A program made the translations under genes and the position numbers. 64,000 nt of DNA from an uncultured Candidatus Sumerlaeota bacterium (GTDB taxonomy: Bacteria > Sumerlaeota > Sumerlaeia > MWCT01 > JAUWMI01). Each line of letters begins with the position of its first letter. Within the stretch, counting starts at the first letter, position 1. Below the pieces are notes generated by a model. The model did no database searches and was not told the DNA's origin. It saw only the letters and a program-made list of their open reading frames with translations. Below, piece by piece: positions 55,297-64,000 of the stretch. The DNA lies in contig CAYVXD010000002.1 of the NCBI GenBank assembly GCA_964454265.1, positions 888-64,887 on the forward strand, read 5' to 3'.

Positions 55297-56292
55297 CTAG
55301 GATTTCTGCAATTTACGCAGTGCATCCAGGGTAGCTTGCGTGATTTTCCGCACCAGGTCATCGTGTGCCAGCGGTGTAGCGGCTTTTACGATGCCACAGC
55401 CGTTGCAAATCGGACACAGCGCGTTCTGCTTAGCACAAACGTTTGCGCTCATAAAGATTTCCATTTGCTCTTCCACGACACGAGTCACCGCATCTTTCGC
55501 TTCGCTCAGCAGCCCGGGAAAATCCACACATTGGAGACCCTTGTCCAGCCGTTGTCTTACTGCCTCACAAGCCGCAACGACCATGCCGGTGTAGAAATTG
55601 ATCTTTGCCACCCCAAGGCTAATGGCTTTTCGGAAATCTTCAATTGATAGCCCAGTGCCGCCATGCAAAACCAGTGGCATCTTGAGCGTCCTGTTGAGCT
55701 TGTCGAGTCGTTCGAAGTCGAGCTGTGGCTTTCCCTGGTAGAGCCCATGTGCGGTGCCTACAGCCACGGCGAGGGCATCAACGCCTGTGCGCCGGACAAA
55801 TTCCTCAGCTTCATTGACTTTGGTAAAAAGCTCTTCGCTCACCTGTTTGCTGGCTGACGCTTGCGCCTCTGCTCCGCCGATATGTCCCAGCTCGGCCTCG
55901 ACCGTTACGCCTACGGCGTGGCACATTTTCACGACATCGCTTGTTGTGGCGAGGTTCTGCTCAAATGGGAGGCGCGAGCCGTCAAACATAATAGAAGTAA
56001 AGCCAGCACGCAATGCGCGCATGATGGCCTCAAAGCTTTCGCCATGGTCGAGATGTAACACTACGGGAACACTGGCGCGGTGGGCCACGTACTTGATGGC
56101 GGGCGTGATGTTTTCCAGCGTAACGTACTTGAAATGAACTTCAGCAATGCTGAGGATAACAGGGGAGCGTTTGCGTTCAGCCGCTTCGATAATCGCCTCG
56201 AGAAACTCCATGTTGATCACATTAAAGGAGCCGACAGCGTATTTCTGTCGGTATGCGTCATTAAGGACATCCTTGAAATTGACGAGCGGCAT
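55297..56292 (-). CDS. fba: Class II fructose/tagatose-bisphosphate aldolase with a ~45-aa Cys-containing C-terminal extension
   Basis: YAVGSFNV, HLDHG and LVLHGGTG motifs. The tail reads ANVCAKQNALCPICNGCGIVKA.... Confidence 0.88.
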   Translation of the reverse strand: MPLVNFKDVLNDAYRQKYAVGSFNVINMEFLEAIIEAAERKRSPVILSIAEVHFKYVTLENITPAIKYVAHRASVPVVLHLDHGESFEAIMRALRAGFTSIMFDGSRLPFEQNLATTSDVVKMCHAVGVTVEAELGHIGGAEAQASASKQVSEELFTKVNEAEEFVRRTGVDALAVAVGTAHGLYQGKPQLDFERLDKLNRTLKMPLVLHGGTGLSIEDFRKAISLGVAKINFYTGMVVAACEAVRQRLDKGLQCVDFPGLLSEAKDAVTRVVEEQMEIFMSANVCAKQNALCPICNGCGIVKAATPLAHDDLVRKITQATLDALRKLQKS

Positions 56293-56362
56293 AGGATCAT
56301 TCCTGCTGTGCGCAATAAGTGTCTGGAGGTCTAACGATTCACAGCCAGCGCATGCCGTGGAC

Positions 56363-57811
56363 TTATACGGTCATATCCTGGACGTGGATGCCGGCGGCCT
56401 GACAGGCGTAGGTAATTTCCTGGACGCAATGGCCCAGCGTAGCGACGTAGTGGTTGCCTGCAGCCTGCTTGATGAAGCGATGGGCGTCAGTCTTAAGGTG
56501 AATAGCCACGTGCGGCCAGGTCTTACCCCACACGATGTTCTTCTTCATAGGCTGGCTGAACGCCATGGCGCGGCCGCTGGCCAGCTGCATGACGTAGCGA
56601 CCATCAATACGAGCCAACCGGCCGATGGTCATATCGCCTGCTTTTCCGTCATATCCGATGGCACCGCCAGAGGCGCCCTGGCACTGTGGTGCGATCACCA
56701 CTTTCGAGAGAGCGGTTTTCGGGTCCAGGGAATTCGCCGCATAGAATACTGACGATGCGCCACAGTTTGATAGTGTGATATATTCGTTTGACACGAACTT
56801 CAAGTCGCCAAAGAGGGGAGGGATCTCGGGCTGAATCTGATGAAAGAGCACTGCAGTCAGTAGTCCTTTGATATCGCCCTCGCAGACGGTGGGGATAATG
56901 GGTTGCAGCCCGCTTGCATCGCTGGCAAAAGGAAGAAACGCGGGAAGCGTGCATGCTGTGACGCCGTACTCCACTGAAAATTCCGGTTGGCATTTGACCG
57001 ATACGCCAAGAATTTTCAGGTCGCGCAGCTCATTTAGGCGATCGCGCGCCGCCAGATAAAGGGCCAGCTGCTTCTCAAGCACCGAAGCCGTTAGCATCTT
57101 GTGATCGAACTGTATGACGACCCCCTGTGCCTCGAGCCAGGTGCGGAGCCTGGCGATCCGCTTGGGGTTAGATTGCAGAATTTCTTCGGCACGCTTGATA
57201 ATGATGTATTGGCCTTCCGTCAGAATGTCGTTAACCAGGAAGGACTTCAGATTGGGGATGTCGTCTTGCAGATGCTCCATGCCGAGGCAGTAGCTGCCGC
57301 CCCACAGGAGGATGCTGCCCTGTCGCATGCGCTGAAAGGCCGTAGCACCGCGAAGCCAGCGCAAGAGTTCACCGGTCTCGTCCATGAAGCGCTGATGCGT
57401 TCTCACGTGGTGGGTTGCCGCGTGTTCCCACAGCGAAGCACCTGCAGCTGTGATGCCAACCGAGCCGGCCCATGCTGCATCCTGACTGGTGTAGAGAGCA
57501 AGTGGACGGTTGAGTTCGCGGGCAAGCCAGATCACCAGCTGCGGTTCGGTCCAGTGCCAAATGCAAACAATCAAGGCTTCGACCTCATTAGTGACCAGCG
57601 TTTTCAGACACTCTTTATTCTCCGCATCTGTGGCGATGCCAAAAACATGCTTCCGTCCTTCGCGCATCTGGGGCAAAGGGTCAACAACCTCAATGTGGTG
57701 TGCCCGCAAGAACTCGCAGAGCTGATAATGGGACTTCTCGATGTACTGTTCTCGTTCGCGGGCGAACGCGGTTTTGCGGGGATCAGTATACGAAACGATT
57801 CCAACCCGCAT
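56363..57811 (-). CDS. L-fucose/L-arabinose isomerase family protein
   Basis: 482-aa ORF. The segment CEGDIKGLLTAVLFHQI...FGDLKFVSNEYITLSNCG resembles the isomerase C-terminal catalytic region. It sits directly upstream of the aldolase. Confidence 0.6.
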   Translation of the reverse strand: MRVGIVSYTDPRKTAFAREREQYIEKSHYQLCEFLRAHHIEVVDPLPQMREGRKHVFGIATDAENKECLKTLVTNEVEALIVCIWHWTEPQLVIWLARELNRPLALYTSQDAAWAGSVGITAAGASLWEHAATHHVRTHQRFMDETGELLRWLRGATAFQRMRQGSILLWGGSYCLGMEHLQDDIPNLKSFLVNDILTEGQYIIIKRAEEILQSNPKRIARLRTWLEAQGVVIQFDHKMLTASVLEKQLALYLAARDRLNELRDLKILGVSVKCQPEFSVEYGVTACTLPAFLPFASDASGLQPIIPTVCEGDIKGLLTAVLFHQIQPEIPPLFGDLKFVSNEYITLSNCGASSVFYAANSLDPKTALSKVVIAPQCQGASGGAIGYDGKAGDMTIGRLARIDGRYVMQLASGRAMAFSQPMKKNIVWGKTWPHVAIHLKTDAHRFIKQAAGNHYVATLGHCVQEITYACQAAGIHVQDMTV

Positions 57812-58072
57812 GAAGCGACATCCTTTCGATACAAAGTCTGGACGAAAATCTTAGACGGAACAAGCCAAACGTATCCTTAACAGACAGGAAAACAGCAGTC
57901 AAATGAATTATAAGACAGGTATGAATACATGTATATTTTGCTCTTGCAACTAATCTCTATTATTCCAAGAAGTTTTGCTTGCTCAGCGCTATATGAACCA
58001 TGCCGTACTATATGGGTGCCACTTAGCAGTCTTAGAAAATCCGCACGCGTGTGTGAGGGTATAGATCTCCAT

Positions 58073-59437
58073 TTACAGGATGAACTTTGCAACCGCTTCA
58101 ATGTGATAGGTATGCGGGAACATATCAATCGGCTGAACTGTGTCAATGCGGTAACCGGCATTTGTAATCGCGATGAGGTCGCGGGCCAACGTAGTCGGGT
58201 TACAGGAAACATAGACGAGAACGGGTGCTTTCAATTCGAGGAGATGTCTCAAGGTTTTCTTGTCCATGCCGCTGCGTGGTGGATCGACAATGATGCGCGT
58301 GATACTATCGGCAATGGAAGAGAGAGCCGTTGGTAGCACCTTGCGCACCTCGCCTGTTATAAATGTGCAATTTGTCAAATTGTTAAGGGCGGCATTTCGC
58401 CGAGCATCCCAGATAGCTTCAACTTCGAGCTCAATGCCAATAACGGTCTTAACAGAGTCACTGCAGAAGAGGCCAATGGGGCCGATACCGCAGTATGCAT
58501 CCAGCAGCACGTCTTTCTTGCTCAAGTCGGCCATTTGCTTGACGACAGTATAGAGTTGCTGGGCAGCCAAAGTATTGGTTTGAAAGAAGGAGGAGGGGGA
58601 GATGAGGAAGCGCAGTGAGTCTAGATGCTCTTCAATCTGGCTGTCGCCATCCTGATAGGCGATGCGATCTAACCGGGCCACATCCGCCACGCCAGAGTGA
58701 ATTCCCCAGATCAGACCGGTTATGTTTGGCATCTGCTCACGTAAAGCTGCAGCGAGGGGCTCAATGGCCAACGTATCAGCAGCCGTGGTAAGCAGCGTAA
58801 TTATAATGTTGCCCGTTTGTTTTCCTTCACGCACAATCAGGTGGCGAAGCAATCCCTCGTGGGTTTGGGGATCATAGCTCGTGAGTTGTTGGCGGTTTAC
58901 CTCGTCGCGCAGAATCTGCAGAATAGTGTTGAAAATTTTTGGGTGGATGAAGCATTTCTTGATGTCAATAATGTCGAGATAGCTTCCTTCCTTGTGAAAA
59001 CCGAGGGTCACCTGTCCCGTGCTGCTGGTGCCGAATGTAAAGTCCATTTTGTTGCGGTAATGCCAGATTTCAGGAGAGGGGATGATGGGTCGAATCACCA
59101 GGTCTTTTTGCGCGCCCATGTGCTCCAGCGTAGTCTTGAGAATCTGTTCTTTGAATACCAGCTGGTGTTTATAGGGGATATTCTGCCAGGTGCAGCCCCC
59201 ACATTTGCCAAAATGCGGACAGGGTGGGGTGAGACGAAGCGGGGAGGGCGTCTGAATATCAACGAGTTCGGCACTGGCGTGGTTTGATTTTCGTTTGATT
59301 ATGCGAGCCCGGATAACGTCGCCCGGAACAGTGCCCGGCACGAAAATCACGAATCCGTTTACCTTACCAATTCCGCGACCGCCGTACGCCAGGTCTTTGA
59401 TCGTTATTGTGACAATATCATTTTGAGCGACATCCAT
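58073..59437 (-). CDS. rlmD: 23S rRNA (uracil-5-)-methyltransferase RlmD/RumA
   Basis: An N-terminal TRAM domain, the Fe-S Cys cluster CPHFGKCGGCTWQ, SAM motifs, and a C-terminal VSCNPTTLARD. Confidence 0.9.
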   Translation of the reverse strand: MDVAQNDIVTITIKDLAYGGRGIGKVNGFVIFVPGTVPGDVIRARIIKRKSNHASAELVDIQTPSPLRLTPPCPHFGKCGGCTWQNIPYKHQLVFKEQILKTTLEHMGAQKDLVIRPIIPSPEIWHYRNKMDFTFGTSSTGQVTLGFHKEGSYLDIIDIKKCFIHPKIFNTILQILRDEVNRQQLTSYDPQTHEGLLRHLIVREGKQTGNIIITLLTTAADTLAIEPLAAALREQMPNITGLIWGIHSGVADVARLDRIAYQDGDSQIEEHLDSLRFLISPSSFFQTNTLAAQQLYTVVKQMADLSKKDVLLDAYCGIGPIGLFCSDSVKTVIGIELEVEAIWDARRNAALNNLTNCTFITGEVRKVLPTALSSIADSITRIIVDPPRSGMDKKTLRHLLELKAPVLVYVSCNPTTLARDLIAITNAGYRIDTVQPIDMFPHTYHIEAVAKFIL

Positions 59438-59460
59438 CGCCTGGGTTTCTCTGAACGAAG

Positions 59461-59874
59461 TCAGTTTTGCATGCCTTTGCAGTAGTGAAAAAAATCTCTA
59501 GGTCGCCAATGCTGGGGGAAGTCACGGCACTGTGCAGGCTTTACCGGATGGATCTTGCAAAGATTGTTTTCGAGAAACACGCACTCACGTGTCTCCGTGT
59601 CGAGCAGCCAGTGTTCGTTGTCCTCCGCACCGACGTCCGTCTGCCCATCAGGACAAAAGGTGTACTGATTGTAAAACGAGGCCACTTTGATATTCAGAAA
59701 CCGTGCAATGCGCTCTGCCTCGTCGGGCGTAATCCTGACGTATCCATTGCCTCGGCAGCAATTGCCGCATCGCTTGCATTCAAACTGGGTGACCTCTGTA
59801 CGATCGCCATGCACAGGTGAATCTTCGTGAGTTGTGCCGGCTTCCTGGTTTTGTGGCGAGTTGTTATGCATCAT
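59461..59874 (-). CDS. YkgJ family cysteine-cluster protein (UPF0153)
   Basis: CKRCGNCCRG ... C-x-FL-x-x-N-x-C-x-IH-x-x-KP-x-x-C pattern. Confidence 0.8.
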   Translation of the reverse strand: MMHNNSPQNQEAGTTHEDSPVHGDRTEVTQFECKRCGNCCRGNGYVRITPDEAERIARFLNIKVASFYNQYTFCPDGQTDVGAEDNEHWLLDTETRECVFLENNLCKIHPVKPAQCRDFPQHWRPRDFFHYCKGMQN

Positions 59875-59919
59875 GCGCTCTGCCAGATCATTTGTGGGGG
59901 ACGAAGATTTAAGCCCCTC

Positions 59920-62172
59920 TTATTTATACAGCGGCAGATCCTCCTCCTTGTATTCGATCTTTTGCAGGGTCGGATAGGCCACAATGCCTGCTTCCCCGAT
60001 TGACCCCGTGACTTCCAGGGGAAATCGTGGGCGTTTAGACCGGGTTTGGATTTCCAGCTGGATGCGTTGTTGATAGTTTAGTTCAGCGATCTGGCTCGAG
60101 AGAATGCGTCTGGCCTCCGCATCAATTTCTAATGTGTGTGGATGGGAATCGCCGTGTACGAAATAGTGCGCTTGATTGTTTGAAAAAATCGTAACGCCCT
60201 CTTCCGTCATTTCGCTGTTACGACGGTCGCCATCGAACAATTCTTGCTGGAGCCAAAGACCTTTATGATTCCATAGAACTGGCGTTGCTTGAAGAACTGT
60301 TTTGGGAATTGTCTGTTCAATAATAGGTGTTCTTTCGATTGCTGCAAGTTCTTTTTTGACTTTCTTCCGTAGTTTTGAGTCCGGATAAAGAGTCAGAATT
60401 TCTCTGAGAATGCTCACGCGGGGCTCAGGGGATGGAACTCGGTGGGCAAGCGTGTAGAGATGGCGGGCGCACGTGTTCTCCACACGTGCGATGCATTGTG
60501 TAGTCAGCTGGTCAGCCAGCGCGTAGTAGTGCAAAGCCTCTTCGCCACGCGCGTCATTTTTGTAATAGCGGGCGACCTTGGCTGACAGGCGCTTCGCTTG
60601 TAGGCTTGCGGGGTATTTGTTGATATAGAAAATCGCCCTGTCAATAATGCTTTCTTTTGACACGGGATTTGCCAGCGCGGTCTTTAGTGCACGCATAGGA
60701 ATGTCCGTGATACAGATGATCCCCAGGTGCTGTGCGAATTTGTTCTGCTGAGGCATTGTTTCTGATGCCGCCATGTATAGACGTGATTCATTGGTGTGCA
60801 CACCCAGGAGAAGATACGTGGCCAGGCGATGATGGTAGCGAGCATTCTCGCGGTCGTATGCCGCCAGCGGATTTATAAAAGGGCTTTGAGCCACCTGTTC
60901 TGCATGTTGTGCCATATTCGTTTGAGGATACTGTTTGGCTAGGAGGCGCATGCGGTCTGTGAGTTGTTGTGGATTCGCGGGATCGGCTGTGAATAAGTCA
61001 TGAGCGTATGCGGCTTCGTCGGCAAACTTGCTCGTCGGTACGTACTGAGTAAGGGTTAGTGCGATGCGAGTAATGTCTGCCTGGTCATTGCGCCCCAGAG
61101 CATAAAGTAGGCGACGATAGAGGGTTTCCTCGTCGCTTGCGTCTTGGAACAGTTCGCCGTCGAGAACCGTGACCGTATCAATCTGGCGGCGTCGGGTGCG
61201 CGAAATATCACGCAGGATATTTAATCTTTGCTTCTCAAATTTTCTGGCCTTTGGGAAGAGATGACACGCTTGCTGAATATAGAAGAGTGAATCGTCGAGA
61301 CGGCCAGCAGCACGGAGGCGCTTACTCTGTGCTGCGGCCAGGATCGCCTGCTGTGTGCGGCGCTTCTTTTCCAATCGCTCAATATGTCGCGTTAGGATTT
61401 CGACTCTTGGATCTTCGGGGTGTTTTTTCAGATAGGTGTTGGCTAGAACAAGGATTTTTCGTTCGCGTGGTGTAATTTTGGAAAACCTTTGGTAGAGGAA
61501 AGGCAGATCAAGCGCAAACCGAAACAACGGCTGTAGTCGGGCCGAGATCAGCTGGGAGGTTGATTTAGACAGCCGGTTGAACAAACTGGCAACATGGTTG
61601 TAGTAAAGCTCCCACCTGAGTCGAGAGGCACGGTTGAGTTCATCGCTTTGAGCATGTGTTAAAATTCCAGGCTTGAGCAAGGCATCCGGGTGCTCCTTCA
61701 AGATTCGTCTGGCCAGCTCAAGGCGAGAAATACGATCAGGCGTACATGCGGCTTGCAGCGCCAGGATATTGTCGTGCAGCTGGTAAGGCAAGGCCACACG
61801 GCCTGGCTCAGGCCGCTCGAGGGTTTTCGCCTCTTTATACAGTCGGTCCAGGAGCAAAACATCGCCGGTAAAACTGGCTATAGCGCTGGAACGGACAATC
61901 TGGTATGCTGTGTTGGACGTACAATTACCATTGCTGCAAAATTCCTGAGCGAAGCACGCGCAGCACAGCGCCGAGCATACGGCCGCAATAAATACTGGCA
62001 CAGTAAGCCCAGAGCTACGAGAAGCAAAATGGGAGTGATGGACAACCAGGCACTGCTTGGGCATTGAGTAAGGTACGCTATCCGTATTAAGAGTTTGAAG
62101 ATGAATTGCTGCAACTAAAATGCAGACAAGGACCCTGATCATTTTCTCAATGGCACTTTTGTCCGTGTGCAA
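59920..62172 (-). CDS. Large hypothetical protein (N-terminal hydrophobic segments, helical/TPR-like body)
   Basis: 750-aa uninterrupted ORF. I recognised no family motif. Confidence 0.55.
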   Translation of the reverse strand: MHTDKSAIEKMIRVLVCILVAAIHLQTLNTDSVPYSMPKQCLVVHHSHFASRSSGLTVPVFIAAVCSALCCACFAQEFCSNGNCTSNTAYQIVRSSAIASFTGDVLLLDRLYKEAKTLERPEPGRVALPYQLHDNILALQAACTPDRISRLELARRILKEHPDALLKPGILTHAQSDELNRASRLRWELYYNHVASLFNRLSKSTSQLISARLQPLFRFALDLPFLYQRFSKITPRERKILVLANTYLKKHPEDPRVEILTRHIERLEKKRRTQQAILAAAQSKRLRAAGRLDDSLFYIQQACHLFPKARKFEKQRLNILRDISRTRRRQIDTVTVLDGELFQDASDEETLYRRLLYALGRNDQADITRIALTLTQYVPTSKFADEAAYAHDLFTADPANPQQLTDRMRLLAKQYPQTNMAQHAEQVAQSPFINPLAAYDRENARYHHRLATYLLLGVHTNESRLYMAASETMPQQNKFAQHLGIICITDIPMRALKTALANPVSKESIIDRAIFYINKYPASLQAKRLSAKVARYYKNDARGEEALHYYALADQLTTQCIARVENTCARHLYTLAHRVPSPEPRVSILREILTLYPDSKLRKKVKKELAAIERTPIIEQTIPKTVLQATPVLWNHKGLWLQQELFDGDRRNSEMTEEGVTIFSNNQAHYFVHGDSHPHTLEIDAEARRILSSQIAELNYQQRIQLEIQTRSKRPRFPLEVTGSIGEAGIVAYPTLQKIEYKEEDLPLYK

Positions 62173-62273
62173 TCAGGATCGTCAAGCATATACCACGCAT
62201 CAGCTAACCCATTCCTGAGTGCCACAATGGTTGGCGCCCACGAAGGGATGAAATCAGCAGCTTGCTTGCCAGG

Positions 62274-64000
62274 CTATAGTAGCGAATAAGGCACAGCCTG
62301 TCTCCAGGCCTCCTCGTTCACGATGAAGTCGCGCTTGAAATAGAGAATGTAGCCGTCAATGTAGTTCCGCTCATCCCATATCCATTGAGCACCTGTGCCG
62401 GTCCATTCGAGCACGTTCATCTGGTATGAATATACCACATGATCGTAGTGTGTTCCATACTCGGTCACGGGACGCCACGAGGTGATGTCGTCAGTATGTA
62501 GCTCCCAGTCCTCGATTTGCGCGTCTGTGACCAGCCAGTCATTGTCAGTGATAGTTGATGAATCGAGCATGAGAACTTCTGCAATCACGCCGCCGAACAG
62601 AATAATATTACGGCACCGGATCGCCAGGGTGTGCCGACCAGGTTTAAGGGTGACCCTGAAGCGCTTGCATCCCTCGAACAATGTGCCGGAGCCAATTGGC
62701 TCGCCGTCAAGGTAAGCATTGTAGATGTCATCGCCGTTGATGAGAACCAGAGCGTTCTTCGTGCTTTCAAAGAGGTAGAGCATATCCTGAGCAACCCGGC
62801 GACGGTATCTACTATCCGAGTGATCGGCAATCTCTTGAAGTAGAGATTTAGCTTTGTCGGTCTGGCCGAGTTTTAACGCGAGTCGTGCTAGGAGAAACTT
62901 GATCACCTCAGAGCGCACAGGGGCTGTGTCGTGGCGGAGGCGTTGTTCGCAGATCTCTGCGGCTTGAGCCGTGTGGCCTTCGCGCTCGAGTTCGTATGTC
63001 TGGCGCAAGGTTGCCACATGATCCATAGTATCCACCATGCGGGCGGTCATCCGGCCACGTGCTGGTCCCAGGTAGCCGAATGAATCGCCTGGCTCAGTTT
63101 GATACCAGTAGGCGACGCTCGAATAGTCATCCGAGCGGCTGTTGGCGTGGCCGTGTTCGATAGTAACCTGAATGCTGCGCTTGAATGCAATAGGATCATC
63201 GAGGTGAAAACGGTAGACGCAGCTCTGGCCGCCTTTGACGTAGGCTTCATAATGTGGCACGCCATACAAGGGGGTCATGTAGGTATGGAGACCCCAGGCG
63301 TTGTTAAAATAATCTTCCGTACCGGTGCCATGAAGTGTGGGCGTTATGGCGCCATCAATAAAGATCATGTCATCGCCTTCGCCCCACCAGCCGACAGCAC
63401 GGCTATGGACGCCGAGGGTGCATCCGATATAATACCCCGTTCCGCAGACGTCGAGGATAGTGTAATTCCCTTGGCCGCGAATGTTTGGCTCCTGATTGAC
63501 AATATGATCAGCCTGAGCGCGCTGAGCGAGGTCCAAATCCAGGTCAATCCAGCCATCGGTAGGGAATTGCTGGTGATATTTTGCATGAAAGTAAAGGCCA
63601 GGAAATGCCCGGCGGCTGGTCTTGCGATAATCAATGTGATAGTATACGGTCACTGGTTGGAAGCCCTCGTTACGCAATTCCACAAGCGCCGAGCGCTTGA
63701 AGGGCATTATGAGATAGCAATTCTTGGCTGCGCCGCTATTGGTGACGACAATCGGGCGCGACTCCGCGTCCAGGTTCAATCCATGGGCGCTAAGGAAGAA
63801 ATCGCCAACAGGGGCTTCCACAGCAGGCAGAGAGGCGCCATCCCAAAAGATGCGCAGCACCACCAGCCGCGAGGCATATTCCTCGCCTGCGTATGTGAGC
63901 CAGAGATGGGTTATTTCGCCAGGTCCGCTAAGGCGCGTCAAGGTACTGGTTTGCCCGGGGGCAATCTGTATGCAATCAATGTTCTTCCCTGTTTGATCCC
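62274..64000 (-). CDS. DUF2961 (glycoside hydrolase family 172-like) protein; 5' end beyond the right window edge
   Basis: GPGEITHLWLT and HGTGTEDYFN motifs. The reading frame stays open upstream of the track's TTG (63941) to the window edge (...DQTGKNIDCIQIAPGQTSTLTRLSGPGEITHLW). Confidence 0.8.
   Translation of the reverse strand, partial: DQTGKNIDCIQIAPGQTSTLTRLSGPGEITHLWLTYAGEEYASRLVVLRIFWDGASLPAVEAPVGDFFLSAHGLNLDAESRPIVVTNSGAAKNCYLIMPFKRSALVELRNEGFQPVTVYYHIDYRKTSRRAFPGLYFHAKYHQQFPTDGWIDLDLDLAQRAQADHIVNQEPNIRGQGNYTILDVCGTGYYIGCTLGVHSRAVGWWGEGDDMIFIDGAITPTLHGTGTEDYFNNAWGLHTYMTPLYGVPHYEAYVKGGQSCVYRFHLDDPIAFKRSIQVTIEHGHANSRSDDYSSVAYWYQTEPGDSFGYLGPARGRMTARMVDTMDHVATLRQTYELEREGHTAQAAEICEQRLRHDTAPVRSEVIKFLLARLALKLGQTDKAKSLLQEIADHSDSRYRRRVAQDMLYLFESTKNALVLINGDDIYNAYLDGEPIGSGTLFEGCKRFRVTLKPGRHTLAIRCRNIILFGGVIAEVLMLDSSTITDNDWLVTDAQIEDWELHTDDITSWRPVTEYGTHYDHVVYSYQMNVLEWTGTGAQWIWDERNYIDGYILYFKRDFIVNEEAWRQAVPYSLL

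Overview
This is a 64-kb chromosomal segment from a Gram-negative bacterium; waaA, an AMIN-domain amidase and a SurA-like PPIase support that. I cannot assign the lineage from sequence alone. GC-rich hairpin repeats and PT-linker surface proteins suggest an uncultivated environmental organism. About 55 genes are supported, most on the minus strand.

Housekeeping genes include pepA (partial), ftsY, waaA, nusB, rlmD, a class II aldolase and a complete F1Fo ATP synthase operon (atpZ-atpI-atpBEFHAGD ... atpC).

There are four accessory or unusual areas:

- **2.8-11.9 kb, surface-protein cluster.** It holds five signal-peptide repeat proteins: a 14-repeat propeller-like giant, a CBM-like protein and two right-handed beta-helix paralogs. 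A four-helix-bundle (23S rRNA IVS protein family) gene is embedded among them, bracketed by inverted 8-nt-period repeat arrays. The cluster is followed by a BlaI/BlaR1-type pair whose sensor ends in a beta-helix.
- **32.6-36.8 kb, islet between atpD and atpC.** This 4.2-kb insert carries MntA/HepT, a degraded DUF433 gene, an ICMT-like methyltransferase and a thrice-repeated 61-nt intergenic module.
- **46.5-49.7 kb, AT-richer island abutting tRNA-Pro(CGG).** It holds a truncated, insertion-disrupted tyrosine recombinase and attI/attC-like sites. It also carries an Orc1/Cdc6-like AAA+ ATPase-wHTH gene followed by a stand-alone SIR2-like gene. This gene pair is the best candidate for an undescribed (defence) system.
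- **Scattered GC-rich hairpin repeats.** One of them supplies the stop codon of atpA.

Several genes look frameshifted at homopolymers, which needs read-level verification. All calls rest on reading the translations and the DNA by eye. No database search was possible.
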